Assembly: GCA_030704615.1 (NCBI GenBank)
Contig: CM060731.1
Coordinates: 47,058,001-47,122,000, forward strand
Origin: Takakia lepidozioides
Taxonomy: Eukaryota; Plantae; Bryophyta
Direction of reading: 5' to 3'
DNA length: 64,000 bases
This document shows, one piece after another, positions 35,584 through 49,046 of this stretch. Each line of letters opens with the position of its first letter. Within the stretch, counting starts at the first letter, position 1. Position numbers and translations under genes: made by a program. The notes under the pieces were generated by a model, which did not search any database, was not told the origin of the DNA, and was given only the letters and a program-made list of their open reading frames with translations.

Positions 35584-36554
35584 GACTTTGGTACCTCGAT
35601 TCACCCTTTCAGGTGAAGCTCTACAATCCTTGCTCAGGTTCTTTTCCTGCTCTCATTCCTCACCCCACAGACCCAATTCCCACACAGTCTACCTCCTCTC
35701 AAATCAACCTCCTCCGTTTCTTTAAGCTGAAGTGGCGATGACATGCGACAATCTAAACTGGAAGTGTCCCCAGAGGCACATCTCCTCAAAGCCCTTCTTC
35801 CAAGGCCCTTCCATGCTGATGTAGTCAGAATAGATTGTCACCCATCAGCCCACGTGTAGTTATAGGGCTGGGCTTCTGCATTCCGACCTGGAACTGTCCT
35901 CCGTCCTTAACTCTTCCAGACGAAACTGGAAAGATGAGTCAGCCACAAGTCACCCTCACCCATGAAGTGGGTATCAATATAACTCGAGTGTCCAGTAAAA
36001 CACTCCTCAGAAAGCAACAGCTTACCTTGCACCACAATGCACACTGCTGCCCACTTCAACAACTCTCCTTTCCTCCAACGGTAGGAAGCATTACTGAAGA
36101 AGCCAAGGAAAAACAATCTTGAGAGAAGGCCTGAGGCGGACATCAGAACATGGGGCCCCAGGCTCATGGTGACAACAGGTTCACCAGGCTTTTTAGAACC
36201 TTGTCTTTGAAAACAGCAAGCAAAACGTAAACTTAAGAACAACCAAGTCCTCTGCCTTGGGGCTGGGGCTCTTCCCCTGTAATGCTTCCGTGGTTCAGAA
36301 AGGGGCTTTCTTTTCCCCCTCAAGCCGCAGTTGCACGGGCCTGTGTTTCCTTGCAGTGGAAACAACATGTATATGTGTATATATAAAGTCTATTGTTTAC
36401 ATGAGATTGCTTAACAAAGAAGATGAGGCAAACATGAGAATCTTGCATTTGCGGTTTAATGACGCAGACTTGAGATGAGCTGTGGTTGTAGCAATTTTTG
36501 CAGTTAATGTCTTTGTGATGATCATCTTCAAGGGATGGCCAAAGATGGGGTTAG

Positions 36555-36735
36555 TTAGGGGATAACCCAACAATAGGGGACTCTTGCAGTCCTACAACCA
36601 AAGAATTCGTTCCCAGGAGAGTGGAAAGCTGTAAGTTGTATCTTTTTTTTTTGAAATAAATACCGCATAGTTTTATAAAAAGACCCAAGTGGGATGACTG
36701 TACAAATAGGTAAAACTGTCCCCCAAGAGGTTGTA
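36555..36735 (-). repeat. Dispersed repeat shared with 11370-11540 (inverted)
   Basis: CTCTTGGGG(G)ACAGTT..ACC.ATTTGTACA.TCA.CCCACTTGGGTCTTTTTATAAA.CTATGC is present at both places. 36860-36905 also matches 29872-29915. Confidence 0.6.
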
Positions 36736-38764
36736 AGAAGTTGTAACTTATCTTTTTTTCCTTGGTACATTTGCATAAAGCTGAACCTAGCCTGGACCCT
36801 CCAAGCCAAGTTCTTACCTTCAGTGATTTGTGCAAATAATATGATCTAGGCAATTTTAGGGTAGTTGCCGCAAGGCGAAGTGGCTCTTAGTTACGCCGGC
36901 TTTGGCCGGCATCTTTTCTCTCTCTTCTCTCTGATTTAGGCAAGAGGAATGTTATACGTTGTGAATTACACCTACATTTTCACAAGTTCCAAATTAGCGT
37001 TAGTGCGCAAAGGGCACTCCATAGTTGTCCATAGTTGCCACCTAGAAGTTGTTGAAGTATGTTGTTAAACTGGAGTTTGCTTTGAGGTTTAGGGACAATA
37101 GAAGTCCAAGATTCACTTGTTGGAGTATAAGATGATCATAACGAGTGTTGGACTGGTATACGGTCCTCAATGCTTGTTGGGGCCAAGTCGGCATTCCCCC
37201 AAACGTATGGTTTCTTGAGCAAATTTGACATAGCATGGCCATTGGGAGGTGGGACACGGCCAAGGGCATAAACCGATTAGCCAACCTCGCAAGAAGGGGT
37301 CTGACTTCGGGTGAACCGTCAAATCTTGGAGGTTGTGGAGGTTGGGTAGTGCGTGAGCATAAGAGCATATTCCTCGAATTTCCCAGATACCCGCGAAATA
37401 TTCCACAACGAAACGAAATTGGTGAAACTAAACAATCTGTGAAACTAACACATAACGAACAAGTAGCCTTATATCTCATGAGCATGTTACCATATAGACG
37501 TGGCTTTTTATCACATTATACTCATACGATACCAGCCCCTTTTCATAACAGGCCCCAGAGTGGTCGGTGAGGCTTCACCTCAAATTTAAGGTCCTCGCCC
37601 ATGGATAAGTTTGCACGGCGAAACTCTGTACCAACGAACCTAAAACAAATCACAATGTACTTGAAAGGATGAATAGGTCATTTTTAAAGTCGCCACCCAT
37701 GTATATTTTCGCGCAGCGAAACTCTGTCCCCTACAACTACAATTACGTATTGAGAGATACGTTTTATTGCGAAAACTCTGATCCTTGGAGAGAGCTTGGG
37801 TACCGTACATTTAGGATGCTCCCAAAATGAAAAAGAATATTCTTGAGATGCACAGAGAAAATCACATAGCTAAGGAGATTGTACTCACGCGACAAAAATA
37901 AGAGGACGAATATCAAATTGTATAAAAATGTGAGCACAATTCACAACAGGTTATGCTACAAAGGCTTAGCACATGTAATAGAGAAGTTAATAGTTCAAAT
38001 TGTTTGTGTAAATATTGTCTATAGCATCTTTCTATGTGAGATCTTCTAATCTTATCTATAATACACATTTGTTGCCCTCAAACTAATGACATTAAAAACC
38101 GCAATATCCATATCTTGACTTCCTTTAATCCCAATAAAAAATGTGATTGTATATTGATTATGAACTAAGTTCACTTATCTATTTGATGAGATTGGTTGCA
38201 AATATCTGAACTTACAATTAGCTGTCTTCATTTCATGAGAAACGTGCATTTCATAATACCAGTAAAGTACTACAATTATGTATGACTACATTCACAATAA
38301 CGTGTTACGTTTCAGAATAATGGATACTGAAAGTTTCTGTGAGGGTTTATCGCAAAGAGGCCATCACTCTCAGTGTCACTCTCACCATAGTTGTCTATTA
38401 TGGACATGAGTTTGGATAGCCTCTAAAAAAGACAACCAAGGCCTGTCATGGTAACTCCGTACAAATCTAGAAGATTCCAAACATGAAACGTTGAGGCTAA
38501 GCTCTCCGGAGAGCGGACCCCACCTATGAACCAAACTCACTTAGCATGAATCTCTCACCAAAACCATAATCAAACGAATAGCCCAACCTCAACAAGAAAT
38601 AAACTCATTTGATTGCTAAGACTTACTTACTGTCGTGTGCCAATGAGCATTCATATTGGTTCATATCCATTAACTTTCCAACATATCCAACCAGGTATTT
38701 GAAAACAAATACTATCTGACAAGAGTTTTGCATGGGAAAACTCATTCAGGAGAGAGAAGCCAAG

Positions 38765-39330
38765 TGTCACGGACATAGCCCAGAGGAACTTACCAGGAAT
38801 AAATATCAGAAGTTATCATATTACCAAAAATTACCATGATCTATCAGGATCTACCATAAAGTTATCATTAGTTATCAAGTTATCAGGAGGTTAGGATAAC
38901 TTAGAAAACTACTCATGAAGCTTCTTTTGGATGAAAATTCTCCATCAAGATATCTCATTTGTTTAAAGAAACTTCTCCATCAAGAAACCTCCATTGGGGA
39001 AGCTTCTTAGGGAACTTCCTAGTAGCCAATATATATAGGAGGCGAGACTGGACACTCTTCAGTCTCGCCAACATAAGTTTAAGCTACTCTTGTTTCCAGT
39101 CCCAGTACTCTAGTCCAGTTTCCAGTATCTGGTACTCCAGTCCAGTTTCCAACATTCCAGTATTCAAGTCGAGTTTCAATATCTTGTACTCATGTCCATT
39201 GTTATAAATATTATCTTTATTCTTGTTTATCCATCATGCCTTTGGTCACGCCGACCTTGACTTCTTGTCTAGTCTTGTACCTTTAGTCTGATATCTTGTT
39301 TGTGTTTCAGTCGTGTTCTCGTCCTTGACA
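38765..39330 (+). mobile_element. LTR (~566 bp)
   Basis: TGTCACGGAC...GTCCTTGACA termini (TG..CA, 9/10 inverted match), preceded by purine-rich AGGAGAGAGAAGCCAAG, with an internal TATATATA. Confidence 0.6.
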
Positions 39331-39697
39331 GTTTGGCGAGACTAAAGTTTGTTATTTAGTTAGTTGAGATGAAAGCACTACAACACACCCTATGTAACTT
39401 CGACGATTTAGTTTGACGCTGGCGTTGACTATTGTCACTTTCGACTATTCCAACCATTTTGCAATCAAAATTTATATTAAAATATTCAATGTGCTAGACA
39501 ACCGCGAAAATTTTGACTGTAATGAGAGACTTTGACTACCTAAAATGAGCTGATTGAGACAATCATTTAAACAATGGCACGTGTAATCACAATATATAAA
39601 TTATATAGCAATATATATATGGATAATAAGAAGTAAAAAAAATAACTATTTTTTCACTGACCCACCACATTAATAGTAAACTAATCGTGTGCTGGTT

Positions 39698-39946
39698 AAG
39701 GTTAGTGAAACAAAACAACTGAATTATATGAACGAATGATAAACAAACGCCTTGCTGGCAGCTATTGGATGAACGTATGAAAGGTTAGTGAAACAAAACA
39801 ACTGAATTACCTGAACGAGTGATAAACAATCGCCTTGCTGGCAGCTATTGGATGAACGTATGAAAGGTTAGTGAAACAAAACAACTGAATTACCTGAACG
39901 AGTGATAAACAATCGCCTTGCTGGCAGCTATTGGATGAACATATGA
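39698..39946. repeat. Tandem repeat, 83-bp unit x3
   Basis: GTTAGTGAAACAAAACAACTGAATTA recurs at 39701, 39784 and 39867. Confidence 0.9.
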
Positions 39947-40369
39947 AATATAATTTTTGTGCACTGGATGAACGTATGAACGAACGAAAAAAAAAGGCCT
40001 TGCTGGGAACTATTGTATGAATGGATGATAATGCACTTGGTTCGAGTTTAGGGTTCAGTGTGCAGCCTGGCTAGGACTATGTGTTTTTTGGGTCAGCGTG
40101 GTTCAAGAACTCCGCAAGCTTAGGGACTTGGCGTTTGTTTATCTTTGTGCCACCATCTGTGTTTTCTTAAGGTTCACGAACCAGGATAAGCGGTTTCTAA
40201 AAAACTAATATCTTGCTGTGTGCACATGAGAGAGCGGGTGGGCGGGGGGAGGAGAGAATAGAGAGAGAGAAGTGCCGCGCAGCGAGTGTACTGTTTGTGG
40301 GATCGACCTGTATGTTTGCTCTTGTTGTGTCGGCCATTGTCACGACGTGTGCTATATGGGAGCTTTAGA

Positions 40370-43300
40370 GCGGAGACAGCAGGGAGTGTTCAACAGTATG
40401 GCTGAACGAGATGTGGTGTCGTGGAGTGCGATGATTGCATGATATGCACAGCGGGATGGAGGATTTGCATACATATGAGCACCTTCTTCAACACATTTCA
40501 GCCTGTTTTCCCTGTCATCAGGACTCAGAGTCATCCCTAAATTTTCAGGTTGAATTCTGCAAGTTAGCTCGACGTTGGTGCAAAAAGGTGAATGCCTGTT
40601 GGAAGCGCAAGTCAGCATAGGAACTAGTGTGAGAAGTAGGGTTAGGGTGTTTGCTGGAACAAATCTATGCTGTCATTGTCAGCTGCTAGCAGCAAAGCAA
40701 GGAGGTACTATGCATGATTTGTGCAGAGGTATGGATAGCCGAAGGAGCAGGGATAGAGTGTGGGTCCAGATTCATCCAAGAGGGCCGGATTTCAAGCTCC
40801 AGATTACCTATGAATTCCTGTGGAATGATAGCTACAAGAAACCTGCATGCGTAGATGGTCAACTGGAAGCCGCAACAGCAGCAGCGGCGGCACAATTGAT
40901 AAAATTCAGGTACTGCTACTCAAGGCACCTTCTTCAACACATTTCACCCTGTTTTTTCCTCTTATCAGAACCGGCCCTAAATGTCTCTTAAGGCCTTCAG
41001 CAGATGGGTTGAACAGAGTCACGTGGTTTACTTTTTCAACTTTATTTTCAGATCTTAGGGCATGCGAGAGACAGTGTCAACAATCAAGTCTTGGTCTGCA
41101 CAATCTGAGACTTGAGATCCTCCACAAAGGCCAGCAAATTTTTAGTTGAGGATCCACCCTCTGCCATATCCTCACGAGCACAATATTTGAGCTTCCCTAC
41201 CCTGGTTCGAATTGCCATGCCCTCCTCCCCTGTCATTAGCTCCCTGATGTGTGCATGATTTGTGCAGAGGCAGAGATAGCTGAAGGAGCAGGGATAGAGA
41301 CTAGGTCTAGATTCATCCAAAAGGGCCAGATTTCAAGCACAAGATTACTTATGATTTCCTGTAGATCAATAGCTACAAGAAACTTGCATGGGTAGATGGT
41401 CAACTGTCATGCCGCAACAGCAGCGGCACAACTGGTAAAATCAGGCACTGGTAATCAAGGCACCTTCTTCACATTCACCCTGTTTTTCCCTCTTATCAGA
41501 ATCGGCCCTGAATTTCCATGTTGAATTCTGCAAGTTAGCTGGTTGAGTGAATGTAGTTTGGAGTGACTTTGACATGATACTGCCACTGTGACAACAGGAA
41601 AGTGTCCAAAAATATGTAATAGAGATGAGGAGAAGCTGTGGAATGAATACTTTTCTGACCCCAATCAATGGTGGAACACCAGGCAAAAATAATAATGCTT
41701 GTTAGATTACGGGAGAGTAGCAGACGCAATTCAGTATAGGAACTATCGTAATAAGCTGAGTTGGGTGTTTCCTAGAACAAATCTAGGCTGTCATTATCAG
41801 CTGCAAGGCAAGGATGTATGCATCATTTGTGCAGAGGCGTGGATAGCTGAAGGAGCGGGGATAGAGTGTGGGTCCAGATTCATCCAAGAGGGCTGGACTT
41901 CAAGCTCCAGATTACCTTGATTTCAGGTGGATCAGTAGCTACAAGAAACCTGCATGTGTAGATGGTCAACTAAAGGCAGCAGCTGCAGTGGCACAGTTGA
42001 TAAGATCAGGCACCTCAACCATGACCACAGCTGTTGAAATTAGAGGATCAAGAGAGGGAGTCCACAATGCCTCTTCTGGCACTTCTGGGCATGTGAAGAT
42101 ACTTTGTGCGGCAGGCAGACTGACAGAGGCTCTACAGACTCTACACCAAGGAGGCATTTCAGCAGATTCAGATATGTCTGTCTGTTGCTTAAGTGCATCA
42201 AGATGGATGGTCTAGAAGCTGGAAAATAGGTGCACACTCACATTATCCAAAGTGGATTCACACCCAGTGTTTTTCTACTCAACACCCTTGTCAACATGTA
42301 TGTTAAGTGCGGGAGCATCATGGATGCTCACCAAGTGTTCAACAGAATGCCTCAATGATCTTTGATCACGTGGAATATTATGTTGGCAGGATTTACCAAG
42401 CGTAGGTGTGGTAGGAATGCTTAGGAGACCTATGAGCAAATGTTGCGTGAAGGGGTGAAGCCCAACCACATCGCGTTTGTTTGTGTTTGCAATGCGTGTG
42501 CAAGCCTGGGAGCTCTGGAAAAGAGGGAAGAGGTCCATAGTGACATTGTCAAAGCTGGAATTGTACCAGATATCATCCTGGAAATAGAAGCGGCAGCAGC
42601 CCTATTGATAGAACAATACGCTGCTAATGAAGGTACCTTCTTCAATACATTTCACCCTGTTTTGCCATGTTATCAGAGTCATCCCTAAATTTCATGTAGA
42701 ATTCTGCAAGTTAGCTCGTTCATGATGTGAGCTGGCATGAGTTTTATAAAGATCCTTCACGATGGTGGGACAACCGCAATCACAAGGTGTGGCTTTTCTT
42801 AATGTATGATGTGAAGAAGTTTGTCCATCCTGCAAAGGTGGGCTCTTGGCTCCTGTTAGTACCATGATTTGGTGTTCTTCCTGATGTTTACAAGGTTCTT
42901 GGGAGAGTTAGCTTGGTCTTAATAGGCCGTGTTTCAATCTCTGCCTGCTCAGCTGCACCGTGGTGGTTCTCACAGACCAATCCAACATTACCTGACTACA
43001 GACACAAACATCACACACAAGAGGTCATTTTGGGTTGATGCTCGGTCAAATCCTCCATGGGTCAAGGACAATGTGGTGAGGGCACCTTCTTCTTTGACCT
43101 GTTGCAGCCTATTTTGCCCCCTCATCAGACTTGGCCCTGAGATGCATATTGAATTCTGTAAGTTAGCTCATTGGGTGGATCTGTGGTGGTTTGGAGTGAC
43201 TTTGAACTAGTGTGATTAGTAGGGTTGGGGTGTTTGCTGGAACAATTCTAGGCTGTCATTGTCAGCTGCTAGCAGCAAGGCAAGGATGTATGCATGATTT

Positions 43301-43466
43301 TGTGTAGAGGTATGGATAGCTGAAGGGGCAGGGATAGAGTGTGGGTCCAGATTCATCCAAGAGGGCTGGATTTCAAGCTCCAGATTACCTATGATTCCAT
43401 GTGGATCAATAGCTACAAGAAACCTGCTGCATGGGTAGATGGTCAAGTAAAGGTAGCAGCTGCAGC
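40370..43466 (+). pseudogene. Mosaic of degraded OSB-type PDF-motif and PLS-class PPR gene fragments
   Basis: GPDFKHKITYDFL*INSYKK.AWVDGQL (~41323), EKLWNEYFSDPNQWW (~41630), WHEFYKDPSRWWDNRNHK (42734); PPR segments LLNTLVNMYVKCGSIMDAHQVF and EGVKPNHIAFVCVCNACASLGALE. Numerous stops and frameshifts. Confidence 0.75.
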
Positions 43467-44794
43467 CACTACTAGAGAAACCGGTTTTTCCAACACCACC
43501 CATAGTTCACACCTGGCACTTTGAACGGCTCCTCTTACACCCATGTGAGAGGAGGCAAGGTGTGATCTGGACCATTGTAGGAAAAGCCACATGGTGTTAC
43601 AAATTTCAAACTCGAATGACACCCATACGGTCAACGGATGTTGACCAAGATAATTCATATGGGGCATTTGACATGAGTGTGAAATGAGTCATGGAGTGTG
43701 AGGTGAGTGTGAGATGACGTAAAGGAATTTGGTGCAACTATATGGCGTGGCACATTGACCATCAAGGTGGATACGACTTGGCACATTGACCATCCAGGTG
43801 GAAGATGGATGGATGAAATGACTTCCACCTCTATTCAACATGCCCTGGACGACATAACACATAGAAGTTCAAAAAGGTTATTAGGGTTATGGGGTCTGCA
43901 TGTAGAGGGTTGTGGGACTTGTAGTTTTTCTTTGCCAGCTCGTTTAGAATCTGAATGCCCACCAGCGCATGCCATCCCTTTAAGTTGATGCCAAAATGAA
44001 TTTTCATCCAAAACATCAAAGCTCTCAAAATAGACAACCTCAAGTAAAATGAGAAGGAGATCGGCAGAACCGAAAGGGCATATAATTCTCTTCAATATTG
44101 AACACTGCCTGCAACTATTGGCTATGACTTGCCCTCTGTCCTGTCACATATAATCCCTCCGGGAACCAGCAATCCAAAAAGATGCATTGGTCATGTAGTT
44201 GACGACAATATCGTTATGAGAATGTCACATTATAATCAACAATGTACAACAATTGCTTTGAGAAGCTATAGATAAAACTACCACATGTCGTCTTAGAGAT
44301 TTGTGAGCCCGGTAATGTCAATCCCATTTCTGTCTAGTCAACCGTGACCCCTCACAATGAAACAGTCTGAAGCTGAGCTGAGCACATAATTCAATCTTTA
44401 CTAGTCCAACCGTACTAGAGAAATATCCAGTGATCCTCAGACAAGGTTTTCTTCGTCACCTTACAAAAATTGTTCCCAATGACTCCCTCCTTGTCCACAT
44501 TGTTGCTAGATGCCGAGAAGCTTGGACAAAGTGCCTTGCTCTTTGTGACTGGCTCCATTTTTGAGACAGCAGGGTTTTTCTTTTACGGGTGTACTTCACT
44601 CACAACCGTCTTTTTCACACTGCGTCCGGGATATCAATGATCACCCCAGCCTGAATTTTGCCCCACCCTATCAAGCACCAGTGCTTTTTAACTAGTGCTT
44701 TTCAACTCGTCTGCCGAGGGCCCCACTTTCTCCCCTTCGCTGGTACATGTCAAACTCCAAGAGCCATAGTGTTGGAAAACTACCTTCGCATCTT

Positions 44795-45800
44795 TGATGC
44801 TCCCACATTTGGCATACATGTCCACGAGGGCATTGTTCATAATCACATCAGGTACAATTCCAGCTTTGACAATGAAACCACGGATCTCTTCCCTTTTCCA
44901 AAGCTGCCAGGCTTGCCCTTCATGCTAACACATTTGGCATACATGTCCACGAGGGCATTGTCCAGAATCACATCAGGTATAATTCCAGATTTGACAATGA
45001 AACCATGGACCTCTTCCCTTTTCCAGAACTGCCAGGCTTGCCCTTGATGCTCCCACATTTGGCATACATGTCCACGAGGGCATTGTCCAAAATCACATCA
45101 GGTACAATTCCAGCTTTGACAATGAAACCATGCACCTCTTCCCTTTTCCAAAGCTGCCAGGCTTGCCCTTGATGCTCCCAAATTTGGCATACATGTCCAC
45201 TAGGGCATTGTCCAGAATCACATCAGGTACAATTCCAGCTTTGACAATGAAACCATGGACCTGATCTTCCCTTTTCCAGAGCTGCCAGGCTTGCCCTTGA
45301 TGCTCCCAAATTTGGCATACATGTCCACTAGGGCATTGTCCAGAATCACATCAGGTACAATTCCAGCTTTGACAATGAAACCATGGACCTGATCCCTTTT
45401 CCAGAGCTGCCAGGCTTGCCCTTGATGCTCCCACATTTGGCATACATGTCCACGAGGCCATTGTCCATAATCACATCAGGTACAATTCCAGCTTTGAAAA
45501 TGAAACCATGGACCTGATCTTCCCTATTCCAGAGCTGCCAGGCTTGCCCTTGATGCTCCCACATTTGGCATACATGTCCACGAGGCCATTGTCCATAATC
45601 ACATCAGGTACAATTCCAGCTTTGACAATGAAACCATGGACCTCTTCCTTTTTCCAGAGCTTCCAAGCTTGCCCTTGATGCTCCCACATTTGGCATACAT
45701 GTCCACAAGGCCATTGTCTAGAATCACATCAGGTAGAATTCTAGCTTTGACAATGAAACCATGGACCTCTTCCCTTTCCCAGAGCTGCCAGGCTTGCACA
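44795..45800 (-). repeat. Tandem array (~8 copies, 125-128 bp) of a PPR coding fragment
   Basis: The unit encodes EVHGFIVKAGIVPDVILDNALVDMYAKCGSI and is repeated about every 125-128 bp. Confidence 0.9.
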
Positions 45801-47170
45801 CGCACTGCAAACGCACACAAATGTGTTGTGGTCGGGCTTCATCCCTTCACCCATCATTTGGTCATGATAGGTCTCCAAAGGCTCCATCCCGCACTACTGC
45901 TGTGCACATCCTGCAAGCATCGCGCTCCACGACACCACATCTTGTTCAGCCATAGTGTTGAACACTCCCTCCGCATCCTCAATGCTCTCACATATATTTG
46001 GCATACATGTCCACGAGGGCATTGTTCAGAATCGCATCTGTTATAATTCCAGATTTGGTGATGCAACCATGCACCTCTTTGCCCTTTTGCAAGGCTGCCA
46101 GACTTGCACACGCACTGCAAACGCACAATCTCATTCAGCCATAGTGTTGAACACTCCTTTCGCATCCTCAATGCTCTCACATTTTGCATACATGTGTCCA
46201 CCAGAGCAGTCACGTTCAGGATGACATCTGGTACAATTGCAAATTTGATGATGTCACGATGGATCTCTTTGCCTTTTTCCAGGGCTGCCAGACTCCCACA
46301 CGCACTGCAAACACACACAAATGTTATGTGGTCGGGCTTCACCCTTCCCCCATCATTTGCTCATAGGTCTCCAAAGCCTCCATCCCACGCCCCTGCTGTG
46401 CATACCCCGCAAGCATCGCCCTCCACGACACCACATCTCGTTTAGCCATAGTGTTGAACACTCCCTTGGCATCCTCGTTGCACCCACATTTGGCATATAT
46501 TTCCACCAGGGCAGTGTTCAGAATGACATCTGGTAATCTGACAGGCATTCACTTTTTTGCCTCGGTTGTCCCACCATTAACTGGGATCAGAAAAGTATTC
46601 ATTCCACACCTTCTCCTCATCTCTTGTACCTGTTTTTTGATACTTTCCTGTTGTCACATTGGCAGTATCATGTCAAAGTCACTCCAATCTATCAAAGATT
46701 CACTCAACCAGCTAACTCGCAGAATTCAACATGGAAATTTAGGGCCGATTCTGATAAGAGGGAAAAACAGGGTGAAATGTGTTGAAGAAGGTGCCCTCAT
46801 CGCCTGATTTTACCAATTGTGCCGCTGCCACTGCGGCTTCTAGTTGACCATCTACCCATGCAGGTTTCTTGTAGCTATCCTTCCACAAGGAATCATAGGC
46901 AATGTTGTGCTTGAAATGTGGCCCTCTTGGATGAATCTGGACCCACACTCTATCCCTGCTCCTTCAGCTATCCATGCCTCTGCACAAATCATGCATACAT
47001 CCTTGCCTTGTTGGTAGCAGCTGACAATAACAGCCTACATTTGTTCTAGGAAACACCCAACTCAACTTCTCACTCTAGTTCCTATGCTCAATTGCATCTG
47101 CTACTCTCTGTAATCCAACAGGCATTCACCTTTTTGCCACAATTGGGCCACCATTGATTAGGGTCATAAA
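45801..47170 (-). pseudogene. PDF-motif + PLS-PPR fragments captured inside the CACTA element
   Basis: IHPRGPHFKHNIAYDSLWKDSYKKPAWVDGQL, WWDNRGKK and DVILNTALVEIYAKCG..DAKGVFNTMAKRDVVSW. Inverted homolog of 41240-41960. Confidence 0.8.
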
Positions 47171-47339
47171 AGTATTCATGCCATGGCTTCATGACTGTTT
47201 AGGGTTCACTGTCACAAATGAAAGTGTGTTTGTTAGAATTTTGCCCACCCCAACAGCTCAGTCACTCCCACCCATGCAAGGTACCATGCTGTATCAAGTC
47301 TAAACCCTGGAAAAATACATGTAATAGCAGAAACCAACT

Positions 47340-47950
47340 CTAGACCATAGCACAACTGGCTTGGTACCTCCCATGTGGAGCTTGCCTCCGCCTTCTACCA
47401 TTTCGCCTCCGCCTTGCAGGTGCATTCAAGTTGGCAATGGCCAATTCATCTGCCTCACTCAAAGGAACACAAACAGCAGGCTCAGTCATGATGTTATGAG
47501 GAATTTCAGGAGGCACCATGCCTGCATAAGTGTCTCCCTCACCCAGTGCCACTTCTGTAATATCGTGAACCACTCGTCGGGATCGAGGGTCCTTGTGAAG
47601 GACCACCTTCCAGTTCCCTCGTGAACTTTTTTCATCCGAGGAAAAAACTTGCTCCACCTGACTAGGAATTTGAATTGTTTATTATAATTTCAAAGTATGC
47701 ATCTGCAAAGGGAAGAGAATCCAGAGAGATGCACCGGGAGTTCTCGTAAGTTAGGATCTTGCAAGTTCAGAAGCAGATGACGCTTAGCCCGGCGAAAGGT
47801 TTGCCAGTTCCCACCATGACAGGCATTGCATGGACATAGAATTTTCCGAAGACCCAGTCTTCTTGCTCGCGCTTCTAGTTTCCACAGTCTGTCATCGTCG
47901 TGTTCTGCTTGTGTCCGCCTTTGTAATCGACGGGTAGTATGAGGGATCAT
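47340..47950 (-). pseudogene. Internally deleted CACTA transposase (N-terminal CPCxxC region adjacent to a C-terminal DUF4216-like end)
   Basis: KILCPCNACHG (47690-47950) lies next to EQVFSSDEK...WKVVLHKDPRSRR (47340-47657); the catalytic core is absent. Confidence 0.65.
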
Positions 47951-47951
47951 C

Positions 47952-49046
47952 TTGGCGAGTGAGCAAGACTTGTCAGAAAATGGAGACCCAAATAGAGTGT
48001 CTAGAAGTTACACCAGGGCGCAAGCCTACAACGAGGGGGGTAGAACGAGCAAAGCGAATATGGGCAGCCCAACTACTCGCGCAGCCATGGGTAGTGGATC
48101 ACAACAATCTGCAAAGGCATCCGAACCAGGGCTTCCTGCTGCCAGAGTTCCAACGACTTTGCTTCCCGATGCGACAAGAAAGCATAATCAAAGAAAGGTG
48201 AGAGCAAAAGTTTCAATGCTTGGGCGCGTGGGTGGATTTTTATTGTTAATGCTACTTCACATTGTGTGTCATTCGTGTTATTCTAATTTTTTGATCTTTG
48301 TGTCATTCAATGTACAGATGGTGAAACCAGTGATGCGTTCAATGGGCAGGGAGAGTACAATATGTGCTATCAATCAGACTACAACCACAGTGGATCTGAC
48401 TGACCCACAGGGTGACCAACAAAATCCGCACAGTGTAAGTACTTCCTTTGTGCAATTTTTTTTCCTTGTCTGATGTTGGATCAATACACCCCCTATGTAT
48501 CGCCACATAGCTGCAGGCCCAACAACCTACTAAGGTAGTTTTGTGACATCGTCCTACCACATCCGTGCTGACCATGCATAACCTGCTATCAACTAGGTAT
48601 GGCACCGTTCCAGCTTTGATCATGTCAGCTTAGAGTATAGAGACAAGCAAATGCAATTCAGAATTGGAAGTACTGCAATAGGTAGGGTTGGGGTGTTTGC
48701 TGAAAGAACTTCAATGCCATTTTGTAGGAGTGCCAAGCTGTCAGTCTCTGTTCTCCAGGGTTCGATTGATATGGGAATCTGGTTTTTGTTGCAGTTTCAG
48801 ATCGGCGACAAGGTGTTATTGTTTGATCCTTGTGCACCAAAAAGAAAGGTAGGTGTGGGATATATTGCTGGCTTTCTGAAAGCAAATGTGTCGGACAATT
48901 ATTACTGTATCCATGTGAAATTGGTCATGATTTCAGAGGTTGTGTTGCCGTACCCGGACTACTCTGTTATCCCTAATCATACCACATTGGGTGACACGCA
49001 GGGAAGTTCCACCTTATGGTCTGAAAAGTTTCTTAAACACGCGTGA
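47952..49046 (+). pseudogene. Remnant of a second CACTA gene (TnpA-like C-terminus)
   Basis: IGDKVLL...VGVGYI...VVLPYP...TTLGDTQGSSTLW resembles En/Spm accessory protein C-termini; it lies inside the element. Confidence 0.4.

Noticed and set aside
35835-37570. ORFs of 95-153 aa upstream of the lipase
   Set aside because: No recognisable domains, and they partly overlap dispersed repeats.
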